A stretch of 64,000 nucleotides of DNA, from IMG/VR virus record IMGVR_UViG_3300031998_000010. One strand, given 5' to 3'. Positions 6,156-15,912 of the stretch are shown in pieces. Under the pieces are notes generated by a model. It had not been told where the DNA came from and did not search any database. It worked only from the letters and a program-made list of their open reading frames with translations. Every line of letters starts with the position of its first letter. Within the stretch, counting starts at the first letter, position 1. The position numbers and the translations under genes were made by a program. The DNA is from a virus. Lineage: Duplodnaviria > Caudoviricetes.

Positions 6156-6668
6156 TTACTGCTTATCAGAAAATTCTCCATATAATCTATGATAGTTTTC
6201 ATAATCTGTAGGAGCAAGAAATTTCCCTACACCTTCAAAATAGTCCAATGTAAACTTAAGTGCACGAGATATATATTCTTTATCTGAAATTGAGATATTT
6301 ACTGTAATTGTTCCGGCAGTGTCCTTGAGCGGAGTGTCATTGTTAACTATAGACTCTTCTTCAGCTTTGTAATAATTATAAGCAGAAGGTTCAGGAATTA
6401 TCTGCTTATTTTTCCTAGGTTCTGATTTACTTACAGCCTTAAAGTAAGAATCATACAAATCCTTATCGGGAATAACCTGATGAATTCTGTGGAATGTTTC
6501 TTCCTTAGGCAAATACTTGCCTGATGCATAATCAGAAATTGTTGTCCTATGAACGCCTACAACCTTCCCAAGACCCTTCATAGAAATTTTCTTATCTGAC
6601 ATCTTTTGTCTAAGGAGAGGTCCGAACTCGGTAGACTCCTCAGAATTATGCTTCTTAGTAATTATCAT
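6156..6668 (-). CDS. XRE-family HTH transcriptional regulator
   Basis: ISMKGLGKVVGVHRTTISDYASGKYLP HTH; start MIITKK at 6668 with GGAGG RBS. Confidence 0.8.
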   Translation of the reverse strand: MIITKKHNSEESTEFGPLLRQKMSDKKISMKGLGKVVGVHRTTISDYASGKYLPKEETFHRIHQVIPDKDLYDSYFKAVSKSEPRKNKQIIPEPSAYNYYKAEEESIVNNDTPLKDTAGTITVNISISDKEYISRALKFTLDYFEGVGKFLAPTDYENYHRLYGEFSDKQ

Positions 6669-6768
6669 ATTGTAGTATCCTCCTAAATAATAAATGATAA
6701 CTACTTTAACGATTCGGACTTTCATAGAAAAGGCGACCTATTACAGGCCGCCAATCCTACGTTATTTA

Positions 6769-7215
6769 TCAAATCTTAGCGACAGCACCACTGAGGATAA
6801 TCCACTTATCCTCTCCAACTTTCGCCCAATTTCCTTTTACTTCGCTAACGATGAGCTTTGTTCCCTTAACATAAACTTTACCTTTCTGCTGGTCAAGTCC
6901 AGGTTTCTTGAATGTAAAAATTCCACTAGGTGATACTACTTGAATCTGATAGGAACTTTCTGTTTTTGGCTCTTCTTTAGCAGCCGGCTCAGTAGTAATT
7001 TCTACTACTTTCTTTCCTACAACCTCTACTTCAGGTTCAGATTTAACTCCCTCTACAGGAGCTTCCTCTACAGGTGTTTCTTCTACAGGAGCTTCCTCTA
7101 CCTTTTTCTTTGATGACTTCTTTGTAGTCTTCTTAGGGGCTTCCTCTACAACTTGTTCTGTAGCTTCAACTTCCTTGATTTCTTCTGTTACTTCTGTCTT
7201 CTTTTTAGTTGCCAT
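6769..7215 (-). CDS. Glu/Lys low-complexity protein with C-terminal SH3b-like domain
   Basis: EEAPV repeats; GTKLIVSEVKGNWAKVGEDKWI. Confidence 0.6.
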   Translation of the reverse strand: MATKKKTEVTEEIKEVEATEQVVEEAPKKTTKKSSKKKVEEAPVEETPVEEAPVEGVKSEPEVEVVGKKVVEITTEPAAKEEPKTESSYQIQVVSPSGIFTFKKPGLDQQKGKVYVKGTKLIVSEVKGNWAKVGEDKWIILSGAVAKI

Positions 7216-7231
7216 AATTAATTTCTCCTAT

Positions 7232-7447
7232 TTATATTAGCTTACCTATATATTCTTGTAAGTCAAAAAGAATTTCATATGCTTCCATGAGTGTAGCTAC
7301 TTCATCTTCACCAAGATAATCTTGAACTTCCTGAGGTGCTACACCGAAATTTGTTACTAAATTTCCAAGGTCATCTGCAACTTGCGAAGTATCCTCTTTC
7401 CAATACTTCAGATAAGATAAATGTCCTTCTCTACTCATATTATACAT
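7232..7447 (-). CDS. hypothetical protein
   Basis: ORF track; AAGGAG RBS. Confidence 0.65.
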   Translation of the reverse strand: MYNMSREGHLSYLKYWKEDTSQVADDLGNLVTNFGVAPQEVQDYLGEDEVATLMEAYEILFDLQEYIGKLI

Positions 7448-7811
7448 CTCCTTCTGTGAAGTCCCAAAGTTCTAAAGCTGCTTCAGCTTCTTCTCTAGAT
7501 ACAGTTAAACCGGATTTCTGACTTAAATATTTTCTTGCTTTATCAATATTAGGGCGGAGTGCAGTAGCTTCACTTGGATAAAGTTCCCAGTAACCATCAA
7601 GGAATCTACAAAGTTGCTTTGTCTTCTCATCACCCATTCTGGCAAACCAAGCATATCTTAACCAATCAGATAACTCATCTACTCTTGCATATCCATCTAA
7701 TTCAGATTTATCATTGATAGCTTCAAGAGTTTCATCATCCATATCTTCAAGTATGTCGATAACATCTCTCATTGCATCACAAAATTCTTCAATTTGACTA
7801 ATATCTCTCAT
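7440..7811 (-). CDS. hypothetical protein
   Basis: ORF track; tightly packed operon. Confidence 0.7.
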   Translation of the reverse strand: MRDISQIEEFCDAMRDVIDILEDMDDETLEAINDKSELDGYARVDELSDWLRYAWFARMGDEKTKQLCRFLDGYWELYPSEATALRPNIDKARKYLSQKSGLTVSREEAEAALELWDFTEGDV

Positions 7812-7815
7812 GGAT

Positions 7816-8205
7816 TTATCCTTTCTTATGTGGCCTATTGTCCCACAATATGTTTAATATTATTCTGATTCGAGACCTTCTAGGTTCGTCATGAACATCT
7901 TGATAATCATATATAAGGTGAAATTTTTTTAAGGATTCTTCATAAGACGCAATTATTGCTCTTTGTATCTCTTTATCGCTTATATATGAAATATAATCTT
8001 TAACTCTATCTAACCTGTGGTCAGGAAAGTCCTTTGGGTCAGGTACAAGCCCATTTGCTACATAATCGAGAGCACAAGCCGTAGTTATTCTGTTGTCTAG
8101 TGCTTCTGTTATTTCACGAGTATTTTCTGCCAATATCATAACAGCCACATAAGGGCCTACTTCAGTTGTTAATTGACGATATGTTGGACTCGCTGCTAAC
8201 GACAT
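7816..8205 (-). CDS. protein with RNA polymerase omega (RpoZ)-like N-terminal domain
   Basis: PTYRQL..PYVAVMILAENTREI..CALDYVANGL resembles omega PSIDxL..KYxLVxxxARRAREx..xALEEIxxGxL. Confidence 0.45.
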   Translation of the reverse strand: MSLAASPTYRQLTTEVGPYVAVMILAENTREITEALDNRITTACALDYVANGLVPDPKDFPDHRLDRVKDYISYISDKEIQRAIIASYEESLKKFHLIYDYQDVHDEPRRSRIRIILNILWDNRPHKKG

Positions 8206-8208
8206 AAG

Positions 8209-8607
8209 TTATTCTTCAAAGTAGTCTGATGTTACTGCCCAATGCTCAAGACAACTAGAAACAATTTCTTCTAATTCTTCGTAATCTCCAATTGTTTCGC
8301 CCCATTTCTCCATGAAATCGCTAAATACAGGAGCTAATGCTTCTTCCATATCTGAATTTCTTGTAAATGCATCATAGCTTTCAGAAGCAAAGATTGCATC
8401 GTCGCAACCTAAAAGTTCACAAGCACAAACAGGATTAGGACAAGCACCCCAAACCTGGAGAATTTCATCTAAACTAAGATTAATGCCCTCTGATAAGAAG
8501 AATTCTTTTACATCTTTAGCAGACCATTTGGTCTTTCCGCTTTCGTCTATCTCTTGTGATAAATCTTCTGCAAGTTCATAAATATTCATCTTTTTGCACC
8601 TTCTCAC
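8209..8607 (-). CDS. acidic hypothetical protein
   Basis: ORF track (start may be MNIY at 8589); internal IFAS. Confidence 0.65.
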   Translation of the reverse strand: MRRCKKMNIYELAEDLSQEIDESGKTKWSAKDVKEFFLSEGINLSLDEILQVWGACPNPVCACELLGCDDAIFASESYDAFTRNSDMEEALAPVFSDFMEKWGETIGDYEELEEIVSSCLEHWAVTSDYFEE

Positions 8608-8904
8608 TTTATTAATCTAGGTCTTAAAACCCAATTACGCCTATCCATATTAAATCTTTTATCATACTGAATTTTCATTTGCAAGATTGCAAACATATTC
8701 ATTTACACCAATTAAATAATCCAAATCTATCATCGCCCAAGTACTCTCATTGCTTTAGCATACTTCTTTGCAATCGGGGCAGCATCATTATATCCTCTTT
8801 TTTGAGAATCATTCATAATAGGTTTGTTACTGTTCTTAGGCCTTATATACCTCTTCACACTTCCTGCCTCTCTAAGAAATAATTCAACTGCTTGTTCCAA
8901 TATC

Positions 8905-9132
8905 TCAAAGTTTAAGTATAAGCACACCGTTCTCATCTGTAAGAGTAAGGTATGTTGAACCATAATCTTCAAATTCACCGTCGTGATAGTAATAATCACT
9001 TAATTCAGCTACTGTAGTAATATCTTCGGGGAAACTAAAAAGAAAACGACGAATAAACTGCACGACTTGATTATCATTCATTAATCTAACATTGATTCCA
9101 TCTTTGGTAGTATATGCCAAAATATATCTCAT
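8905..9132 (-). CDS. hypothetical protein
   Basis: ORF track; starts 2 nt after upstream stop. Confidence 0.6.
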   Translation of the reverse strand: MRYILAYTTKDGINVRLMNDNQVVQFIRRFLFSFPEDITTVAELSDYYYHDGEFEDYGSTYLTLTDENGVLILKL

Positions 9133-9133
9133 A

Positions 9134-10888
9134 TTATTCCTCCTGATTCTTTACAAAATAATTCATTTGTTTATTCCAATACCTAATCCATTCATCTAAT
9201 GTACTCTGAACATCTGATGTCTGGTTAGGATATGCATAATCAATGCAATCTAAATACATATTTACTAACGATTTGATTGTCTCAAGGCTACCCTGGAATT
9301 CATATTTTTGAACCGGAACATAATCACAAGGAAAGTCTAACTGCGGAACTGTGCCTTGTTTCTCTACAAGTAATTCACCCAATGTATCAATCTCTTCGAT
9401 AAGTTCCTTATACATGTCTTCTGCTAAGATATGTAATTTCATCATATCATTTCCAGATGACATCCAATGTATTATGTAGAGATTTCTATAGGCTCTGATT
9501 GCTGCTTTGAATACTTCGCATAAACTAGCACAAGGGTCACATTCACAAGCTTCACAAGGCTCAATATCAAAGCCTTCGTCATCTACTTCAATAGTAAATG
9601 ATTGAGGCTCTTCTGTTAATACAGAAATAAAGTCATCTTGATTAATTATCTCATCAATATCGCTTAAAGTTTCGCTAGGTTGATAATTAGAATTTAATGC
9701 TAATATTGATAAGTCATCAGATGCTTGAACCTTCTTTAGTGTTATACTGATATGCTTACTGCTGTTCAAATCTTCATCGCCTCCATTCGGATTTCCTGAA
9801 CCATCGTCGGAAGGATTTCCTTGGTCGTCGGGAGGATTGCCCTCACCATTTTGGTCTCCTTCTTCCTCAGATTCTTCATATTTTGCATTGTGGTCTATAA
9901 TAGTATCTAAAGATGTTTCTTCGTTAAGTTTCTTTTGATACAAATCACGTAACTGAGCTTGTATCTCTATTAATATAGGCAATACAAGAACATTAGCAAT
10001 ACGTTCTGTATTTTGTTCATTAGCCTTCTTTTCTTCAGCACTCAATTGCTCAGCTACTATAGCTTCTTTATCAATTTGAGTAGATTCATTTACTTCAGAA
10101 GGTTTATGACGAGATTCAACAAATGCAATATATTTTGATACCCATTTTGCACAATCAATTAATTTCTGATTAGTTACTTTTCCTGCGTCATCATTAGCAG
10201 TTTCACACATCAATGTATATCTTAATTCTCTAGTTGCTATTGACTTCCAATATCCTACTTTCACGTATCCTTGAGTTTGAAAGTCTTTTTGAGCTACTTT
10301 TTGCAAGTTAACCCCAAGGAAACCTCCCTCAACTCCTCCATCAGCTCCCTTCTTCATAGCTGTAGCTAATGAAATATCACCTACATATTGTCCATTGTCA
10401 AGTTTTAGAGCAGTGTCACCGATAAGAAATTTAAGTTTAGTAACAACATCTTTTGACTTTATGTGCACCTGTCCGGACTGTTGAGCTTTTTGCTTTGCTT
10501 TTTGATTCTTTTTTCTTTGATTTCTAGAACGAGCTTCTATTTCAGTAGAAGCACTTGCTTCGTCATCGATATCTTCATCATCGGGATTAGTAGGAACTTC
10601 CTCATCTTTGTTAATTCCACTAAATAATGAATTATAGTCTAAGTTATTGATTACATTTGTATATTGCTTAAAAACACTACCAACATTTGTAGCAGTTAAA
10701 TCTACTCTAACGTCAACTTTTTCTCCGTTGATGTCAGTAGTAATGACCATAGAGTTTGTAACTCCGCCTTGACGCTCAGTAACTTTGTTATTTGTAACTG
10801 AATAACCGTCAATAAAATTATCAAATAATTTGAATAGTTTAGATATTATAGATTTTATACCATTCAATGCAGATGACTCATTTGCCAT
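9134..10888 (-). CDS. large head-associated protein with C-terminal Dps/ferritin-like domain
   Basis: YRNLYIIHWMSSGNDMMKLHILAEDMYKELIEEIDTLGE matches Dps HW..G....LH...E..Y......D...E pattern. Confidence 0.7.
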   Translation of the reverse strand: MANESSALNGIKSIISKLFKLFDNFIDGYSVTNNKVTERQGGVTNSMVITTDINGEKVDVRVDLTATNVGSVFKQYTNVINNLDYNSLFSGINKDEEVPTNPDDEDIDDEASASTEIEARSRNQRKKNQKAKQKAQQSGQVHIKSKDVVTKLKFLIGDTALKLDNGQYVGDISLATAMKKGADGGVEGGFLGVNLQKVAQKDFQTQGYVKVGYWKSIATRELRYTLMCETANDDAGKVTNQKLIDCAKWVSKYIAFVESRHKPSEVNESTQIDKEAIVAEQLSAEEKKANEQNTERIANVLVLPILIEIQAQLRDLYQKKLNEETSLDTIIDHNAKYEESEEEGDQNGEGNPPDDQGNPSDDGSGNPNGGDEDLNSSKHISITLKKVQASDDLSILALNSNYQPSETLSDIDEIINQDDFISVLTEEPQSFTIEVDDEGFDIEPCEACECDPCASLCEVFKAAIRAYRNLYIIHWMSSGNDMMKLHILAEDMYKELIEEIDTLGELLVEKQGTVPQLDFPCDYVPVQKYEFQGSLETIKSLVNMYLDCIDYAYPNQTSDVQSTLDEWIRYWNKQMNYFVKNQEE

Positions 10889-10918
10889 GTCTGATATCCT
10901 CTAAATCTTAAGTAAACA

Positions 10919-10953
10919 GCCCTGTAGGCAATATCAATAATCACCTACAGGGC
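10919..10953 (-). terminator. hairpin/terminator
   Basis: GCCCTGTAGG/CCTACAGGGC. Confidence 0.6.
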
Positions 10954-10981
10954 CGATGCTGAGTTAAGTAACTTCTAGAAA

Positions 10982-11419
10982 TTACTTGCGATTGCGAAGT
11001 CTGCGGGAAGCAGAAACTCTCTTAGCCCTCTGCATTCTACGAGCTGCTGCAATCTTACGACCACGAACTCTTGTAGACTCCTCAACAATCTCTTCGTCAC
11101 CCTCAGGTGTAACGGTGATTTCTTCCTCACCTACTGTGAAAGTAACTTCTGTTGTCTCATCATCTACTGTGTAGTCAACAGGCTCACCTGTGACCTCTGC
11201 AAGAACCTCTGCAACGTCCTCAACCTCAAAAAGAAGCTCGGACTCTTCAGCCGGAACATCATCGGGAATATCACCACCAAAGTCCTCTTCAACTTCCTCG
11301 AAATCATCAACTTCTTCGATTTCGTCGTCGGACTTGATAGGTCTACGAGATGCACGGACGGGGCGTCTTGCGGAAGTAGCTAATCTTCTGCTTGCACGTA
11401 CTGTCTTTGTTGTCTTCAT
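10982..11419 (-). CDS. putative prohead core/scaffold protein
   Basis: Arg-rich termini with VRAS, IAAA, VSAS repeats around acidic core; adjacent to neck gene. Confidence 0.5.
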   Translation of the reverse strand: MKTTKTVRASRRLATSARRPVRASRRPIKSDDEIEEVDDFEEVEEDFGGDIPDDVPAEESELLFEVEDVAEVLAEVTGEPVDYTVDDETTEVTFTVGEEEITVTPEGDEEIVEESTRVRGRKIAAARRMQRAKRVSASRRLRNRK

Positions 11420-11437
11420 AGTTTTATTTCTCCTTAA

Positions 11438-12148
11438 TTAATTAAGTGCGACTAATTTGTTCTTTTTCGCCTCAAGTTCTGTCCTTATTGCTTCTAATTC
11501 TGCATTAGCTTCAGTTAATAAGGTTTCACCGTCTAGTGCGACATTTGAACCATCTACCCTGTACTTGCTCCTTGTTCGGCCTAATGACTTCTTCATTAAA
11601 GCTTCAGACATTCTTACCAGATAATCTATCCAAGTATCGCTAACTATTTCACTGACATCTTGATAATCAGGAACATATGTTATTGTTACTTGAGTAGGAA
11701 CTGGTTCGCGATGAGCTACATAAACAACTTGATTATCTACATCGTGTTTCCACTGGAAATCAGTAGATAAAGTATTTCTAACTTGAGCCATCGCCATCTC
11801 AGTCATGATAGGGTCAATATTCAATGAAGAAGTTTGACCTATCGCTGAATAAGTATTGACTGCGGCTGCTACTTGAAATACATTTCCGCTGTCGATGGAG
11901 CTCATTACGAGACCAACCCTTGGATAAGCACATTGAACGTTTAAGACTTTTTTCGTCTTTATTCCTAATGCAACAAGGTCAACCCTATGTTGAAAAGGAA
12001 TTGTCAAGTCGACAGGTGTCTTCATATAACGCTTTAATTCACGAAATGCAATGAGTACTGCTTGTTCGATTTGCATCTCCTCAATATTACTATTGGCAGG
12101 CATACCGAGCATAAAGCTTACTTGCTGTACTATCTCTTGCATCGTCAT
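11438..12148 (-). CDS. neck/head-completion protein (T4 gp13-like)
   Basis: C-terminal LGRTRSKY..VALDGETLLTEANAELEAI typical of gp13-like adaptors. Confidence 0.65.
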   Translation of the reverse strand: MTMQEIVQQVSFMLGMPANSNIEEMQIEQAVLIAFRELKRYMKTPVDLTIPFQHRVDLVALGIKTKKVLNVQCAYPRVGLVMSSIDSGNVFQVAAAVNTYSAIGQTSSLNIDPIMTEMAMAQVRNTLSTDFQWKHDVDNQVVYVAHREPVPTQVTITYVPDYQDVSEIVSDTWIDYLVRMSEALMKKSLGRTRSKYRVDGSNVALDGETLLTEANAELEAIRTELEAKKNKLVALN

Positions 12149-12177
12149 GATTAGATGTTATCCTTAGTATTTAAAGA

Positions 12178-12525
12178 TTAAGTACCGGAAGAAGCGCCTG
12201 CAAACTCAAAACCCTGGTCCTTAAGAGCAGGAGCAATCTCGCCAACATACTGAACATCAGCATCTGTTGCTTCCCAATCATAGGAACCAGCACGCATTGC
12301 AGCACGAAGAGCAGCAATGAGACCGGGATGAGCTACCTGAGCATTGAAGAATTCCTCAGGTGTCATGCCTGCACCGTAACCAGGAACATTTGTGTCATAA
12401 TAAGTGCCGTCAAAAACTGCATTATCGCAAGCAGCATTAGCAGGAACATAAGTAGCACAAATCTGTGAAGCAGGTACTACACTCTCATCAACGGGCTTTG
12501 TATAAGTAATGGTGATTGTAGCCAT
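12178..12525 (-). CDS. putative virion structural protein
   Basis: late-type promoter at 12608-12616, strong RBS, codon bias like capsid gene. Confidence 0.5.
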   Translation of the reverse strand: MATITITYTKPVDESVVPASQICATYVPANAACDNAVFDGTYYDTNVPGYGAGMTPEEFFNAQVAHPGLIAALRAAMRAGSYDWEATDADVQYVGEIAPALKDQGFEFAGASSGT

Positions 12526-12632
12526 GACTTTTGCCTCCTTATAAGATAAAAAATTTGATAGTTCCTTGATGACCGGTCAAGGATAGCAAATTTCACTTCT
12601 ACCTATATTTAAGGTTATTTTTATTTCATAGA

Positions 12633-12662
12633 TGTAGCCGAGGCATTTCTGTCTCGGCTACA
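12633..12662 (-). terminator. hairpin/terminator
   Basis: TGTAGCCGAG/CTCGGCTACA. Confidence 0.65.
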
Positions 12663-12690
12663 AAGGAAAGAAAGTAAAAGTGGGAAAGAA

Positions 12691-13092
12691 TTAGTCAAAA
12701 TTTGCGTGGTCTAATAAGTATTCTAAGCATTTTTCATCATAATCATAATCCCAAAACATGTCTTCAGCATTCTGACATTGTTCTAAACAAAAATCCATAT
12801 ATGATTCTGTGTTCTCTATATCAGAAGGCGCAGCTAAGTCATAAAAATTCTTTGCGTCTTGAGTCCTTAGATACTTGTCTACTATACTCCAGAAATCTCC
12901 ATATACCCAATCACTAATTATGTTACCAGGTACGGTGCAAGAAGCAGGAACCATGTAATATCTATCTACATCTGACCACTTCGGAACATCTCCATCGACT
13001 ATTTCATCATCAAATGTCTTTGAAAGTCCTTGTGATACATACTGGCTTACTGCTTCATCTTCAATTAATTGTATGTCTGAAAAACTCAACAT
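12691..13092 (-). CDS. acidic hypothetical protein
   Basis: ORF track; AAGGA RBS. Confidence 0.7.
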   Translation of the reverse strand: MLSFSDIQLIEDEAVSQYVSQGLSKTFDDEIVDGDVPKWSDVDRYYMVPASCTVPGNIISDWVYGDFWSIVDKYLRTQDAKNFYDLAAPSDIENTESYMDFCLEQCQNAEDMFWDYDYDEKCLEYLLDHANFD

Positions 13093-13095
13093 ATG

Positions 13096-13488
13096 TTATT
13101 CCTTTACTAAAAAACTGACGATATCAAAATCATCTAATGCTTCTGTTTGAGCAGCTTCAATTGCTCCGTATTCATCCTCAGCATCTACTGTATATGTAGT
13201 ATCTGTTCCATTGTATCCTGCAAAGTCAAAAGTTACTTCCCAAACATCTTCATCTAACGATTCTGTTTCTTGTATGCCTAACTCATCAATGAGTTCATAC
13301 ATGTAATCAGTTAGAAGAATTCCTTTTAAACAATCTTTGCTACAATTACTTGGACCTTCAACTTCAATTGTAGTTGTTGAATCTATGTATCCGTTGAAAG
13401 ATATTTCTACTTCATAAGTAACTGTTTTAGGCTCAGTTATTTTATAGCCACGAGATTCTAAATATTTTATCATCTCTTTGATTGACAT
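13096..13488 (-). CDS. hypothetical protein with internal duplication
   Basis: YEVEISFNGY..TTTIEVE and WEVTFDFAGY..DTTYTVD. Confidence 0.7.
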   Translation of the reverse strand: MSIKEMIKYLESRGYKITEPKTVTYEVEISFNGYIDSTTTIEVEGPSNCSKDCLKGILLTDYMYELIDELGIQETESLDEDVWEVTFDFAGYNGTDTTYTVDAEDEYGAIEAAQTEALDDFDIVSFLVKE

Positions 13489-13491
13489 TGT

Positions 13492-13752
13492 TTACATCTC
13501 CGGTTCAGGTGCACTTGTGTCATCAAGAAGTTCACTGATTTCACCAATTGCATCTTGAATAGCAGCAGACAACTTATCCATTATATCAAGAGCATCCTGA
13601 CAATTTCCATCTCTGCAAAGCTTATCAAATCCAGACATTGCATAATCAAAATCATCTGCAAGAGCGTCGCCTTGTTCTTCCACAAGCTCTTCGAGTGTGA
13701 GCTTATTTTCATCTTCGGCTGCAACGATTTTCTTGTTACGTGAAACTTTCAT
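13492..13752 (-). CDS. putative internal head protein (leader MKVSRNKKIVAA)
   Basis: basic leader ending IVA-A; GGAGG RBS. Confidence 0.6.
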   Translation of the reverse strand: MKVSRNKKIVAAEDENKLTLEELVEEQGDALADDFDYAMSGFDKLCRDGNCQDALDIMDKLSAAIQDAIGEISELLDDTSAPEPEM

Positions 13753-13754
13753 CT

Positions 13755-14111
13755 TTATTCCTCCAAATATTCTGTAAATTCGGGATTAGCATTCTCACAT
13801 TCGTCAATCCACTTGACTATAAGATTGAACCAATTATCTATGTTTCCTGCGTCATAATCAGCTTTGTAATCTTGTGCATCGTCGTAAAATTCTGTTCCAT
13901 TTACATCAAATGCATATTGTACACATTGAAAAATTAATCTATCAGGAAGTACAAATACTCGATATACATTGTGATGATTTATTTTAAATGAATAACAATA
14001 GCCATCATACGCGTCTGTTTTAGCAATGAGTCTATCGCCTAAATAATCAAGAAGTTGTCTGTCTACTGTTCCTATAACTGAATCTGTAGTTGCTTTAATG
14101 TAGAATCTCAT
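13755..14111 (-). CDS. putative internal head protein (leader MRFYIKAT)
   Basis: shared leader; GAGGTG RBS. Confidence 0.65.
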   Translation of the reverse strand: MRFYIKATTDSVIGTVDRQLLDYLGDRLIAKTDAYDGYCYSFKINHHNVYRVFVLPDRLIFQCVQYAFDVNGTEFYDDAQDYKADYDAGNIDNWFNLIVKWIDECENANPEFTEYLEE

Positions 14112-14126
14112 AAATTCACCTCATTT

Positions 14127-14438
14127 TTATATCAAACGATAATTAGGAATGTAGGTATAGTAATGATATAGCTCAGGACCCCAATCAGAACCTGTGTCCT
14201 CAAGCTCTTCACTTTCATACTTAAGTATTTCGAAATTCTCTTTGATAATATACTCAGACCTTAACAAATCATGCTTCCAATCGCCACAGACATAAATATC
14301 AATGATTCCAATTTCAGGGATAGGTTCGTAAATTCTAACACCATAAGGCTCTACATCATTAATTCCTTCATTCTGAAGAAGTGAAATCATTTCATCTTGG
14401 ATATCATATAGTATATGAATTTTATCTTGGTTATTCAT
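14127..14438 (-). CDS. hypothetical protein
   Basis: start MNNQDK at 14438 with AGGAG RBS; AACCTTATT upstream. Confidence 0.65.
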   Translation of the reverse strand: MNNQDKIHILYDIQDEMISLLQNEGINDVEPYGVRIYEPIPEIGIIDIYVCGDWKHDLLRSEYIIKENFEILKYESEELEDTGSDWGPELYHYYTYIPNYRLI

Positions 14439-14503
14439 AATGTATACTCCTATAATAAGCACTATCAAAGTATAGATAAATATAAATAAGGTTTACATCT
14501 GTA

Positions 14504-14530
14504 ATAACGATACAACCATGAATCGTTATA
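14504..14530. promoter_or_regulatory. back-to-back ATCGTTAT motifs at strand switch
   Basis: ATAACGAT-10 nt-ATCGTTAT; another plus-strand copy at 14638-14647. Confidence 0.6.
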
Positions 14531-14713
14531 ACTTTATAAATAATTATTAATATATATTAATATTTTGTCTTAACTATTGATGCTCAAGTTTTACATTCAG
14601 AAGGTCTTTTTAGTAAATTTCATAAACGAAGATATACAATCGTTAATATCTATATATAATAATTTATGAAATTTATATTTTATAGGTAAATATATTTATG
14701 AGGAGGACTGAGT

Positions 14714-14914
14714 ATGAATCCCGATGACCTCAACAATGATAACAAGAAATCTCATTTTGAGTATTCAACAGACGGAATCCATTTCAAGCCTATAGGGGCT
14801 GAAAATGAAATGAGTTTTGAAGATGCAATTTGTTTAAGTGTCAGCCTTTCAGAGGAAGATGCTGCTAGATTATGGGCAGCTCTTGACCCGCTAGAAATTA
14901 TAGGAGGTGATTGA
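14714..14914 (+). CDS. hypothetical protein
   Basis: GAGGAGG RBS. Confidence 0.7.
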   Translation: MNPDDLNNDNKKSHFEYSTDGIHFKPIGAENEMSFEDAICLSVSLSEEDAARLWAALDPLEIIGGD

Positions 14915-15247
14915 ATGATAACTACAGCAGTATCTGATTGCACAAGCAATCATGTAAACTACACAGACTCAACAAAGTATTGCTCAATTTCAAGAGGTGA
15001 TAGTACCGGAGATATTATTTCAATTACAACTACAGGCACATCTCCAATATGGTATACAAATACAACTACAACAAATCGCTATACTATTAGCTCTCCACCG
15101 ATTACCATACAAGATGCTCTCAATAGAATCGAAAAGCGGAGATATCATTGCATCTACTGCGGAACAGAATACATTGAAGAAAAAGAAGGATTTATTCCCA
15201 ACTGCAAAAATTGCGGAGCTATATTGAGGCATAAAGAAAATGATTGA
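14915..15247 (+). CDS. Zn-ribbon protein
   Basis: C-terminal CIYC..CKNC; GGAGGTG RBS. Confidence 0.65.
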   Translation: MITTAVSDCTSNHVNYTDSTKYCSISRGDSTGDIISITTTGTSPIWYTNTTTTNRYTISSPPITIQDALNRIEKRRYHCIYCGTEYIEEKEGFIPNCKNCGAILRHKEND

Positions 15248-15419
15248 AATTGATATAGATATGCCAAGTTGTTGCATAGATTGTCCTATTTATGATAATG
15301 AATTCGGCCAGTGTAATTTAATACCTGATAGTTGTTTTTATAACAAAGATACAGGTGAAGAACTTTACGACCCATTTGAAGAAAGAAATAAAGACTGTCC
15401 GCTTAAAGAGAGAAAGTAA
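15240..15419 (+). CDS. small Cys-rich phage protein (59 aa)
   Basis: hand-translated MIEIDIDMPSCCIDCP...DCPLKERK. Confidence 0.65.
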   Translation: MIEIDIDMPSCCIDCPIYDNEFGQCNLIPDSCFYNKDTGEELYDPFEERNKDCPLKERK

Positions 15420-15514
15420 ATATGGAGTTGATTATTGCAATTTGTATGATTATTATGATAATGATGTTACTGTTTGTAAGATAGTATAATTTTACAGAGG
15501 AGAATAAGTCGATT

Positions 15515-15697
15515 ATGAGCTGCATAAAGATTACTAGATTCGAATGGCTAAATCCGCAACAGATTACTTCGGTGTACTACTACGAAAATAACCACTTAGA
15601 AATTAGATTAGCAGACAAGCAATGCTATTCATTTTACGACGAAGCTGCTGTCGAAAAATTCAACCTGCTGAAAGAACATGGAATCATATATGAATAG
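15515..15697 (+). CDS. hypothetical protein
   Basis: GAGGAG RBS. Confidence 0.65.
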   Translation: MSCIKITRFEWLNPQQITSVYYYENNHLEIRLADKQCYSFYDEAAVEKFNLLKEHGIIYE

Positions 15698-15705
15698 GAG
15701 GCTAT

Positions 15706-15912
15706 ATGACGTTAGACGAAGTTATTTCCTTGATTGAAACTGAACGAGAATGTGTACTTAGACAAGATACACCAAAATGTCAACGATATGAACATGAAGG
15801 CTGTCTAAGATGTGATTTATGTAAAGATACTGAAGATGTTATTGAAGCATACAATAAAACAATCCTTATATTAAGAGATTACCAAAAAATAAAGGAGAGT
15901 TTAGATGATTGA
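15706..15912 (+). CDS. hypothetical protein
   Basis: AGGAGG RBS. Confidence 0.7.
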   Translation: MTLDEVISLIETERECVLRQDTPKCQRYEHEGCLRCDLCKDTEDVIEAYNKTILILRDYQKIKESLDD

